Shown here: piece after piece, positions 1 to 15,781 of the stretch | Layout of the letters: each line of letters opens with the position of its first letter | How positions within the stretch are numbered: position 1 is the first letter of the stretch | Source of the DNA: the human T2T-CHM13v2.0 reference genome, Homo sapiens | DNA: 64,000 bases | Assembly (NCBI RefSeq): GCF_009914755.1 | Contig: NC_060931.1 | Strand: one strand, 5' to 3' | Notes under the pieces: model-generated | What the model was told of the DNA's origin: nothing | Databases searched by the model: none | What the model saw: the letters and a program-made list of their open reading frames with translations, nothing else | Translations under genes and position numbers: made by a program

Positions 1-1035
1 CAACACTGTCTTCAGCCCCTGGCCCTGCACACCCTCAGGACAGCTTAGCTTGCTGGCCACACCTTGTGCCAAGACCCAGAAGTCAGAATTCACAGCCACA
101 GGAGCTCTTCCCACAGCTGGGACCCAGAAATGGTTCTACTTTCTTCTTTCAATATATAAAGGATCTGTAAACAAAAGGAACAAAAGGAAAAGCAGAAACA
201 TTATCAACATGAAAAGAAAACCATCCATTCTAAATATGTCCATTTATTTTAAAACAAAGCATACCAACACAAAGCTTTATTTCTAGTATATCCACGTTTA
301 TGGTGCCTAATTTTTAGAGCCTCCCATCTTGGGGGGCGAGCCTTTATAACATTTGTTGAGTAAAATTAACTGACTCATCATTCTTCTTCTAGTGATGCAG
401 TCAATGTTTGTAGTTTATTTGAAACTCAAATTGAACTGGGTGTTTTGTGTTTTAGCTGGAATCTTATCCCTAGAGACTGTTGCTTGGGATTCACCAAACA
501 CTATATCCACTACTTCTGATCATGAGGATTTGAAGAAATAAGTACTTAATAATGGTGGCACTTCCAGTACTGGGGATCCTATCAAGAAGAAGGATTGGAG
601 ACCTCCTCACATCTCAGAAATCACAATACAGGCAGGGGCTCTACTTCCTGTATGGAAGGGGACCCACGTCTTCATAGCTGAGAAGGGAAGGCAGCAGCCA
701 GCAACAAAATAAAAGATAAAAGGGAAGCCAAGCACTTGCAAGAACTACAGTAGATACCATCTTCTGGGCCCTGTACTGCGTCCCCTGTGCTATCCCAAGA
801 GAGCTAATTCTGTTCAGCCTCCTTCCCTCCTGAGCCTCTGAGAAAGTAGAGAATAAGACTATAGTTCAGTGGTTTGAAAGCCATAATATTCTGACAAGGG
901 TTCAATTTATGTTCAGCATTTTTTTTTCTTTTGCATCCCAGTCAGGACTTCCACTCAAGTTCTCTTAAAGGAAGGTAAATATTTACAGGTAGAAAATGGC
1001 ACTAGGTGCCTTGATAAGTTCAAAGAAACAGTTAA

Positions 1036-1383
<348 letters not shown>

Positions 1384-2276
1384 TAATCACCATATCTGGA
1401 ATATATAAACATGGCACATATTCTCTTTGCCACCCCCTGCTTTTTTGTAGCCTCAAAATTTGATCCAAGACTGGGAGTTAAAAAGTCCCATTTTGTGTAA
1501 TCAGGTTCTGGTTGAACATGATTGCTGAATTATTTTAAATTAAAGACACATGTCTGGGGATTGAGCTGTATGTATTATTTCAGGATGGTGTCCATTAGGC
1601 CTTATCCACAGGGGCTATCTTCAACTTTTGCCACATTCAATGCATTCTTTATACATCAGTATTTTCAAAATGGTGAATCACATGTAAGGGAAAATTGGAG
1701 GGAATATGGTACTCGTTAAATGGTGATTTTTTGAAAATTATCTTGAACGCATTATTCAAACCTGTTTCCAGTCTCCCCTGCTAAGGGCCCCACTGCTGGT
1801 TGGAAAAGTTCTCTGGGGGGAGAAAAAACAATATTTTAAAGTCAATAACAATGCATAAATAAATAAAATCCTACAGTTGTGCAAGGCCCTTTTGCAAGCC
1901 TAAATCTTTGAAGACTTTACAACTGAATCAACATTTACTTTAACTCCTTGTCAGCCCTAAACACTTTAAATGTCTTAATTGCAGATCTAAATCATTGCGG
2001 CTGCCATCGGTTTTTCACTTTGAATGCAGATGTCCCTGAACTGAGGCTTTGTCAGACTTCACCTCGTAAGGGCAGCCTGCCTATTTAATAAATCGTTGCA
2101 TCATGTCAAGGGCTCCTGCCCGGACTTACAGGTCGCCTTTCGTGAGGAGCAGTCAGGGTGAGGGAAACTGTGTGGCTGAATTCGTCTGTTGGCCCAGCCA
2201 CATCAGGCATCCCTCCACTCCAAAGATCTCCTTCCTGCTAGGAGCTGGTGCGTCTGCTGCATGGTTGTTCATTTGC

Positions 2277-2740
2277 ACAGCTTTATGGAGGTATTATTTA
2301 CGTATCATAAAACTCACTCTTTTGAAGTCAAAACTCAATGATTTTTTTCATAAATATTCAGAGTTGTGAAACCATCACTGCAATCTAATTTTAGAGCAAT
2401 TCCATCACCCCCAAAATAAACCTCATGCCCATTTGTAGTCATTCCCTCTTCCCACCTCTGGCCCATGGCAGTCACTAATTTTTCTGTCTCTATAGATTTG
2501 CCTTTTCTGGACATTTTATATACATGGAATCATACAATATGTGATCTGATCTTTTTTACTTTGCATAACTTTGAGATGTGTTCATGTAGCAAGGAGCAAT
2601 ACTTTTTTCATTGTAAGTAATATTCCACTGTGTAGATATACCATATTTTGTTCACCCAGGCATCCACTGATAGACATTCATCTGGGTCACTTCCACTTTG
2701 CAGCTATTATGAAACAACCTTCTGTGAACATATGGGTATT
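2277..2740 (-). mobile_element. Ancient L1M (L1MB/MC-like) 3' fragment
   Basis: Typical antisense L1M 3'UTR motifs: ACAGCTTTAT..., TGTCTCTATAGATTTGCCTTTTCTGGACATTTTATATACATGGAATCATACAATATGTG, TATTCCACTGTGTAGATATACCA. Confidence 0.75.
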
Positions 2741-3479
2741 TTTTAATGAATTGGAGGTCAGATTGCTATTGTCATTCACAGTCAACTTTAAGTTGGGCTT
2801 ACTCTTTTTTCAAGAAGTCACCCATATTTTTGTTAAAGCTGCCTATTGGAACATTCCAGAATAAAGTAGACTCCTGAGGGCTTCAAAAAATAATATTTAT
2901 CAGAGTGAGACCCTCGGTAATTCCAGGGCATCAAGTGGTTAAACATAAGGGAGGGAACCATTGGAAGGAAGTTTCAAGACCAAGAGCGATTTGAAGAGCA
3001 GCAGGAGCCCCTTCTATGCCAGTCGTGACCCAGAGTTTAAAGAGCTCAGACCCACATGCGCCTACCACGCAAGTGTTCCTTCTGGCAGCCTCGGCACTGC
3101 CGGACTTCTGCAAGCCCTGCTTTCTTAAATAACATGGGGGCTACTCAGGGAGAAGTCAAGTTGGAAGTGGCAGGGGAGGTGAACAGGTCGTAACACAGGG
3201 AACGGAGTTGTCAGGCTTTGTTTATTTTCATGTCTTCTAAGACTTCAGCGACTGATAGGAGAGGCCAGCCATTCTGCCATCGAGGAAGGAGTGTTGTACT
3301 TGATGCGGAAGCAGCTAGATCAAAAGGCGCCCTTCTGTGTTGCCCCAAATCACCCATCTAGAGCCATGAAAAATCCGTGTCATGAGAAATCCTTTCCCCA
3401 GAAATCATCATGGAAAGCAGGCATATAAAAGGCAAACTGGTTTAGGAAATGTAATGTTGATCAAAAGGAAAGCCCCGCG

Positions 3480-3630
3480 TCCTGGGCCTGGCACAGCTCT
3501 AACTCTGACTGTGGCCTTGGGCAGGTCACTCACCACTCTGGGCCTCGGCTTCCTCGTTGCGAAATGAGAGAGATTGACATCTGGATTTCTGCCTGAGGTT
3601 TTTTTTCCCACATTCAATATTCTGTTTCTC
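3480..3630 (+). mobile_element. MIR (MIR3-like) SINE fragment
   Basis: MIR core TGTGGCCTTGGGCAGGTCACTCACCACTCTGGGCCTCGGCTTCCTC. Confidence 0.65.
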
Positions 3631-6600
3631 TGAAGACTATGAAAACTGAAACTTTTGAAACCCATATTTAAAAGTGAAACCAGTAGCATCATCCCATTGG
3701 CAATCAAGCTACTGATGTCAAGAGGCATGATCTGGAATGCCAAAGGGTGAATAATTAGCATAAGGAACACAAGGTTTTTAAAATGTTGCCCAGTGGCACC
3801 CCTCCTTTATTTTGCAGATAGGAAAATTGTGGTTGGTTTTTTTACATATTCTCTTGCAGGTTGTTTAGCTTCTTTGTGTCGGAGTTAGGAATTGACCTAA
3901 CATTTTAGGACTTCCAGACCTTTTACTGTATCAATTAATCCAGATTGCCTAGGAGAAAAGAAAATAATCATTCAAGAGCCTGTATAAAATAGGCCAGCAT
4001 TTAAAAAAAAAAAAAGGAAGAAACTCTGACCTTCTAGCCAAAAACAAAAGCCATATTATTCTTGTTTTTGCTTTATGATTTCGGTTCTTATTGGAATGAT
4101 GAAATCCTGCTGAAGAAAGAGGATGAAGGGTGGTTACAGTCTGATAATAAATGATGAGGCTGATGGACACCCAAGAAGAAAGAATGTTCCTGTTGAGAAG
4201 AACGTCAGCATGTCTCTTCCTCCCTTTTCCTCAGTTGCTTATGTCCTCTCTTGCCCATGGAGCCATCTGACATCTCTTGGCCAGGCTCTCAGACACATAG
4301 CCAGCTTTGGAGGGCTTAACACGCTTTCATTAGGACTTTCAAGTACATATCTTGCTGGAAGCCAGCGATCTCGGTCCACTTCCCCATGGCAACAACCAGC
4401 CTTAGAGTTCACAGGGATGCCTGCTCCTTTGAACTCCGTACAGAGTATTCCAGAGCCCTGGATTTTGACTGTCCTCCAAAGCCAGTGGCCAGCCTGGTAG
4501 TGAAAGAAATCTGGGGACAGATGGTATGAAATTGAAATCACATAATCACTACCCTCTCCCAAATGCTGGCCTGTTATATTAGCGAGTCTCCACAAAGTTC
4601 TGTGGCACTCATGCTGGTCTTGCTGGAGGCCTGCATCTTAAACAAGGGCGCCTGAACATCAGGGCTGATGAAGAGCTGGCCCATTAAAGAGGAATTTCAT
4701 CAACGTCGTGTGGTCCCTCCGTGACCATCAGAACCACATGTGCATTTGAAGAAGTCCTCATGCCACTGGACCAATGACAAGGTCTCTTTCAACTTAGACC
4801 CATCTGTTGTTGAAAAACTACTGTATTTGTGAGAAGCCATTCTGAGGTGGAAAGGGAGTCTGATCTTTGGGGGAAAACATGGCTACAGGGGTTCTTTCCT
4901 CTGAAAATCTGTAAATTTAGCTAAAAGTTACTTCAGGAGAAAAAGCCATTGGTAGCAAGAACTTGGCATCATGGAAAGATCCCAACATCCTCTTTTGATT
5001 TACTGTAGATGTCTGGCAACTTCTCTTTGCTTCCCCTCTCTCAATTGTAAGATAGAAATGGTCAGTGTTCATGTTATAAACCAACATTTGCCTGCCCGAG
5101 CTGAATTCTTGTCAACCTCTGAAGCTACTGAGTGGGGAATGAAAGAAAGTGAGGGGAGGAGGAAGGCCCCTGGTGCACCCTGGAGGAACAGCACAGATTC
5201 CAGCTGAAATCTACATGAGGCTGGCTGATTCCACTTCTTCCAATCCTCAACTTTCATCAATGCCAGCAACAGCATATGGGACAATAGGATGCTTTGGTTG
5301 GCATCGACTCCTGGCCTGATGGTGTTAGTTTATTTTCATGGCAAATAATTATATTCTCTCCTTTCCTAAATATTTCAAAATGGTGCAAATAATATATAAA
5401 TCCATAGGCATAAAAGTCATTAGATTCTTCAAGCAAGGGATTTTTAAGAATACACAAAATGACATATTAGATTTCTCCAAGCTCTTACTCAAAAAAAGCA
5501 AATAAACATTTATTTATTAAAACATGCTTGTCTCATTTTACCCTATTGTCATCCAAAAGGAGGAACAAAGGCAGAGAATTTGGAGTTTAATAATTTGTAT
5601 TTTAAAGTGCCTCTTCCACTGCTTACTACTTGGATGATTAAAAAGAGTCTGAATTTCAGTTGTCTTATTTGAAAAAGTCAGTATGATAATAGTAAATAAA
5701 AACAAGAGCAATTTTAAGGGATTCTTGTAAACATTAAAAAAGTTATTATTATAAATATTAAAAGTACATGCTTTTTAAATTGTAAAGCCTTAAACAAAAA
5801 CTGGTTATTATTGTCCATGGAGAGTAAAAGTGAATTCACCAAAACATCTGGAAAAGGTTTGTCTTTTGCACAGGGTTGTTTTTAGTGCGAGATGAAGAGA
5901 AAAATTCTGAGAATAGCATGATGAGAAGTGAGCTAGTTTCTACAACTTCTTTGTCTGCATTTCTCTCTTTCTGATTATGTCTCCAAAACTTCCTCGCTTC
6001 TTGAGCAGAATTCTCTATATTTCATAAACAGGGAGACATTGTTGTCAAAAGAACTCAAACTTGTGTTTGAGACAATCCTCCTGCCGTCTCCTATCTCTTC
6101 CAACACCTTTCCTCAGAGATCAGATACATTTTCCTGGCAAGATGTTCATTATTCAGAGGTTGCTTTGCAATTTCCTACAATTTCTGTTCACTTGCAAATA
6201 AAACCATGCCTTTATTTTAGGATATAGGGAAAGCTTTTAAGAACAGAAGTTAAAGTCAAGCATGAATAAATTTTATGCATGGCAAATATAGACTTTGATA
6301 ACATTGTCTCCATCAGGGTTGATTGTAAGTGATTCATCACTTTCTTACTCATGTTACTGATAGAAATACTGGAGTTCTGAGTTTGTAAATTAATAAAACC
6401 CCTTATCGATAGCACAATATTCATTTAATAATATATTCCTAACACAGACCCATTGTATGAACATACATTGATTGCATTCTTAAATGGATCACATTACTGC
6501 ATTTTTATCTATGGAGTTGGAATTATCCATCCCTCTAGAAGCCAGAAGTGTCATGAATTTTCTTTAGCTAATTCAGAGGGAAAAGGGTGAAAAGACTGGG

Positions 6601-7120
6601 GGCCAGGAGGCAAGACAGCATGGTGTTCAAAAGAAAGGTGGCCTTAGATTTTGAGAAGAGATGGCATGCTAAAGCACTGTGCCTTCTTCAGTTTATCTAC
6701 ACTGCCAAAAGTCTTTATGGAAAGTATAGTCTTTGGATTGCACTGGCCATCCTATGGACAAAACAGTAAGATGTTCTTTAAAATGTTCATTTTCATCTAT
6801 ATGTTAAGGAGACAAGCAGCAAGCTTTAGCAATCCTGCTAGCTAAGTAGTTCTGAACTTTTTCTAAGGGAGATGGGCAAGGATACTTTTCCAACTCTGAT
6901 GAAGATTCCTCTTCCAAGCAAAAAACAAATATAAAACATTGCCTACCAATTCAGGCATTTTATGAATTGCCTGAACCCCATTTACTTCAGCTATTAAAAA
7001 TAGCTGAAGTACTCCATGCCTCCTGAATGTACCCCTTTCTTAGCTCTTTTTCACATAAGTAATGGTCATGTTAACAACAGAGACTCTCCTTTATATGAAG
7101 CCATATGTCATAAATAGTAT

Positions 7121-7828
7121 GTGATATGATTTATATGGTCAATAGTATCAATAAGTAGTATAGTCATACGTCATAAACAGTGATATGATTTATATGGTCA
7201 ATAGTATCAATAAGTAGTATAGTCATACGTCATAAACAGTGATATGATTTATATGGTCAATAGTATCAATAAGTAGTATAGTCATACGTCATAAACAGTG
7301 ATATGATTTATATGGTCAATAGTATCAATAAGTAGTATAGTCATACGTCATAAACAGTGATATGATTTATATGGTCAATAGTATCAATAAGTAGTATAGT
7401 CATACGTCATAAACAGTGATATGATTTATATGGTCAATAGTATCAATAAGTAGTATAGTCATACGTCATAAACAGTGATATGATTTATATGGTCAATAGT
7501 ATCAATAAGTAGTATAGTCATACGTCATAAACAGTGATATGATTTATATGGTCAATAGTATCAATAAGTAGTATAGTCATACGTCATAAACAGTGATATG
7601 ATTTATATGGTCAATAGTATCAATAAGTAGTATAGTCATATGTCATAAACAGTGATATGATTTATATGGTCAATAGTATCAATAAGTAGTATAGTCATAC
7701 GTCATAAACAGTGATATGATTTATATGGTCAATAGTATCAATAAGTAGTATAGTCATACGTCATAAACAGTGATATGATTTATATGGTCAATAGTATCAA
7801 TAAGTAGTATAGTCATACGTCATAAACA
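7121..7828. repeat. Minisatellite/VNTR, 12 tandem copies of a 59-bp AT-rich unit
   Basis: Unit GTGATATGATTTATATGGTCAATAGTATCAATAAGTAGTATAGTCATACGTCATAAACA starts at 7121, 7180 ... 7770. Eleven copies are identical; copy 9 has C>T at 7641. Confidence 0.98.
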
Positions 7829-8481
7829 CTAACCTTTTTTCTAAACCTTTTTAGCCCTTAATGGTCAGCCGAGGACAAAGACATCATCCTTTTATTAATT
7901 TTTTAAATGCCATAAAGTTAATAAAAAGTAAAACTATTTCCTGGAAAAGATTCCCCAATTCTTTGCTTTCCAGAAGGAATCTACATCTCTGTATCTATTT
8001 ATTTAACTATTAGTCATCACTGCAATGAACACTTTCTTAATAATGAAACAAGTAAAATCGATGTGAGAGGAAAATCTTAATTAAAGAAATCCTAGCTAAA
8101 GAAAGAGCTAAAGAACGTAGTAATTCCTTTTTGTGGAAAATGGGTGAGGAGTAAAGACCTTTTATAAGAAATAAATTTCCTATGCAAATAAAAACTTGGT
8201 TTTATTTTTTAAATACAATATTATTTTTTAATAATGACAGAAGACTTAATGTGTCAGTTTTTTTCCTCATTTCATTGAGAATTAAGGGCCACCAATACTT
8301 TTTTTATAAGATACATCAAAAGCACATAAAGATCTTTCAAATTTTACCAAAGGTTTTCATTTAATTAAATCGACTTATTTAAAAGATATTATTTTATTCT
8401 GAAATAAATAGTTGCATAAATTCATATTCTTCTTTGTTAACAATTTTAAAAACATTTCTTGTATAAAAAATCAAAAGCAGT

Positions 8482-9374
8482 AGATGGCCGAATAGGAACA
8501 GCTCCGGTCTACAGCTCCCAGAGTGAGCGACGCAGAAGACGGGTGATTTCTCCATTTCCATCTGAGGTACCGGGTTCATCTCACTAGGGAGTGCCAGACA
8601 GTGGGCGCAGGCCAGTGGGTGCGCGCACCATGCGCGAGCCGAAGCAGGGCGAGGCATTGCCTCACCTGGGAAGCGCAAGGGGTCAGGGAGTTCCCTTTCC
8701 GAGTCAAAGAAAGGGGTGACCGACGCACCTGGAAAATCGGGTCACTCCCACCCGAATACTGCGCTTTTCAGACCGGCTTAAAAAACGGCGCACCACGCGA
8801 CTATATCCCACACCTGGCTCGGAGGGTCCTACGCCCACGGAATCTCGCTGATTGCTAGCACAGCAGTCTGAGATCAAACTGCAAGGCGGCAGCGAGGCTG
8901 GGGGAGGGGAGCCCGCCATTGCCCAGGCTTGCTTAGGTAAACAAAGCAGCCGGGAAGCTCGAACTGGGCGGAGCCCACCACAGCTCAAGGAGGCCTGCCT
9001 GCCTCTGTAGGCTCCACCTCTGGGGGCAGGACACAGACAAATAAAAAGACAGCAGTAACCTCTGCAGACTTAAATGTCCCTGTCTGACAGCTTTGAAGAG
9101 AGCAGTGGTTCTCCCAGCACGCAGCTGGAGATCTGAGAACGGGCAGACTACCTCCTCAAGTGGGTCCCTGACTCCTGACCTCCGAGCAGCCTAACTGGGA
9201 GGCACCCCCCAGCAGGGGCACACTGACACCTCACACCGCAGGGTATTCCAACAGACCTGCAGCTGAGGGTCCTGTCTGTTAGAAGGAAAACTGACAAACA
9301 GAAAGGACATCCACACCAAAAACCCATCTGTACATCACCATCATCAAAGACTAAAAGTAGATAAAACCACAAAG
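8482..9374 (+). promoter_or_regulatory. L1 5'UTR: CpG-rich internal sense promoter and antisense promoter (ASP)
   Basis: Matches the young L1 5'UTR with many CpGs retained. First SOX site (AAACAAAG, ~8939) is intact; YY1 site is clipped at the 5' junction. The promoter function is established for this family, but activity at this locus is not shown. Confidence 0.8.
8704..8919 (-). CDS. ORF0: L1 antisense ORF0, 71 aa, intact
   Basis: ATG (CAT at 8917-8919) gives MAGSPPPASLPPCSLISDCCASNQRDSVGVGPSEPG...RCVGHPFL*, the last 71 aa of the 8704..8988 track ORF. Both antisense splice donors are present (CAG|GTGTGG ~8812, CAG|GTGCGT ~8728). Confidence 0.8.
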   Translation of the reverse strand: MAGSPPPASLPPCSLISDCCASNQRDSVGVGPSEPGVGYSRVVRRFLSRSEKRSIRVGVTRFSRCVGHPFL

Positions 9375-10391
9375 ATGGGGAAAAAACAGAACAGAAAAAC
9401 TGGAAACTCTAAAACGCAGAGCGCCTCTCCTCCTCCAAAGGAACGCAGTTCCTCACCAGCAACGGAACAAAGCTGGATGGAGAATGACTTTGACGAGCTG
9501 AGAGAAGAAGGTTTCAGAGGATCAAATTACTCTGAGCTACGGGAGGACATTCAAACCAAAGGCAAAGAAGTTGAAAACTTTGAAAAAAATTTAGAAGAAT
9601 GTATAACTAGAATAACCAATACAGAGAAGTGCTTAAAGGAGCTGATGGAGCTGAAAACCAAGGCTCAAGAACTACGTGAAGAATGCAGAAGCCTCAGGAG
9701 CTGATGGGATCAACTGGAAGAAAGGGTATCAGCGATGGAAGATGAAATGAATGAAATGAAGCGAGAAGGGAAGTTTAGAGAAAAAAGAATAAAAAGAAAT
9801 GAGCAAAGCCTCCAAGAAATATGGGACTATGTGAAAAGACCAATTCTACGTCTGATTGGTGTACCTGAAAGTGATGTGGAGAATGGAACCAAGTTGGAAA
9901 ACACTCTGCAGGATATTATCCAGGAGAACTTCCCCAATCTAGCAAGGCAGGCCAATGTTCAGATTCAGGAAATACAGAGAACGCCACAAACATACTCCTC
10001 GAGAAGAGCAACTCCAAGACACGTAATTGTCAGATTCACCAAAGTTGAAATGAAGGAAAAAATGTTAAGGGCAGCCAGAGAGAAAGGTCGGGTTACCCTC
10101 AAAGGGGAGCCCATCAGACTAACAGCGGATCTCTCGGCAGAAACCCTACAAGCCAGAAGAGAGTGGGGGCCAATATTCAACATTCTTAAAGAAAAGAATT
10201 TTCAACCCAGAATTTCATATCCAGCCAAACTAAGCTTCATAAGTGAAGGAGAAATAAAATACTTTACAGACAAGCAAATGCTGGGAGATTTTGTCACCAC
10301 CAGGCCTGCCCTAAAAGAGCTCCTGAAGGAAGCGCTAAACATGGAAAGGAACAACCGGTACCAGCCGCTGCAAAATCATGCCAAAATGTAA
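9375..10391 (+). pseudogene. ORF1: L1 ORF1p (RNA-binding protein), disrupted by a nonsense codon
   Basis: MGKKQNRK...NHAKM spans the standard 338 codons, but codon 110 (9702-9704) is TGA (CpG decay of CGA). This splits it into the 109-aa and 218-aa track ORFs. Confidence 0.95.
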
Positions 10392-10430
10392 AGACCATCG
10401 AGACTAGGAAGAAACTGCATCAACTAATGA

Positions 10431-14281
<3,851 letters not shown>

Positions 14282-15739
14282 ACAATGAGATCACATGGTC
14301 ACAGGAAGGGGAATATCACACTCTGGGGACTGTGGTGGGGTGGGGGGAGGGGGGAGGGGTAGCATTGGGAGATATACCTAATGCTAGATGACGAGTTAGT
14401 GGGTGCAGCGCACCAGCATGGCACATGTATACATATGTAACTAACCTGCACAATGTGCACATGTACCCTAAAACTTAAAGTATAATAAAAAAAAAAATCA
14501 AAAGCAGCTATAGCCAAGTTAAACTTCAAAAATTAACTTCAAACAACTGAAAATTATAAAAGGCATATGTTTTTGTTTTCTTTATTGTATCCCCAGGTAA
14601 ATTATGGTATTAAAAATACCTCAGTCAAGGGCTTTACTCATGCCATAAAGCCTCATGTTACTTCTCAAAGAAACGAGAAAGAAAATAATTATATATGGGT
14701 AGATTATATGGTGATAATATTGTATAAGAATACTTTAAATGGAGTTGCCAAGATGGTTGCTTTATATTAAAAAAAGTCTATAAAACATATAATTCATAAG
14801 TGGACTCTTCTGCATTAGTAGAGTGAATGTTTCATTTTCAGAATTACAGACATATAAAAATCATACTTCCCTGCTATGAAAGACCAGTAAACATCCTTGT
14901 TTTCTGTAAAAACTTAAATGCTGGAGGCCAATACTCACAAAACATAATAATATTTCTGCTAAAAAAGCCAACTTTTTTTTAATGAGGAAAAGAAATCAAA
15001 CATATACATCCTAAGTGCAATATTTCCAAACTTTTAAAAAAGGACAGTATGTGAAATTGCCAATTCTATATTTTTAATTTGCTCATGTTTGCTGAAATCA
15101 ATTCTATTTACAGGAATGAATGGAATCGTTAAATACATACTGATGTGACTGGCTCATCTCATTTTACCTTGCTTTGAAGGAAGCCAGCTCTTATTGGAAA
15201 AAGACAACAAGGTAAAATAAGAATGGGACTTTTTTTTTAATGTTTGTGAAGCAAAACAAACAAACAAACAACCCCACAAGAACAAAAAGCAGGAACAACT
15301 CTCTTTCTTTTAAACACCTGTTACCATTAAACTCTGGGGATTTTATGCAACTGGATACCTGAGCAATATCCACGGTACATGCCTTACAAAGGAGTAGTAT
15401 GCTAAGTTTCTCTTTCATAATCTGGAATGAAGAACATTTTTTCTTAGAATCAAATATTCCACTGGATAGGAGGATTCTCTGGTTGACTCACAAAATTCAA
15501 AACAACCCACAGTTTAGCTTGCCTTATATATGAATAATGTTTAAGCAGCAAACAACCATCAGAAAAAATACTTTCTATAGAAAAATGTACTCTATATTCC
15601 ATCTCACAGTGCCAGAAGTAGCTCAATAACAACCCAGAGGCATGGCTAGCAGTTGGAGGGAGGAAGGAAGAACAGGTCAGCTAATCTTGACCACCATAAA
15701 TTCCTACATTCTGTAATGTTGTTTGGAAAAGGTAATATT

Positions 15740-15781
15740 GTCTACAGCCATACTACTCTGAACACATCCAATCTTGTCTGA
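15740..15781 (+). pseudogene. 5S rRNA 5' fragment (nt 1-42), tailless retropseudogene
   Basis: GTCTACAGCCATACTACTCTGAACACATCCAATCTTGTCTGA matches human 5S nt 1-42 at 34/42. All 8 differences are transitions, 5 at CpG. Flanked by TSD AAAAGGTAA(T/A)ATT at 15727-15739 and 15782-15794. Confidence 0.88.

Noticed and set aside
7121-7828. CRISPR-like array
   Set aside because: The units are head-to-tail with no unique spacers, the DNA is primate, and there are no cas genes. It is a minisatellite.
14334-14360. G-quadruplex-forming tract
   Set aside because: Real, but a standard feature of young L1 3'UTRs and not specific to this locus.
14492-14600. L1 3' transduction
   Set aside because: The TSD follows the short poly(A) directly, with no intervening sequence.
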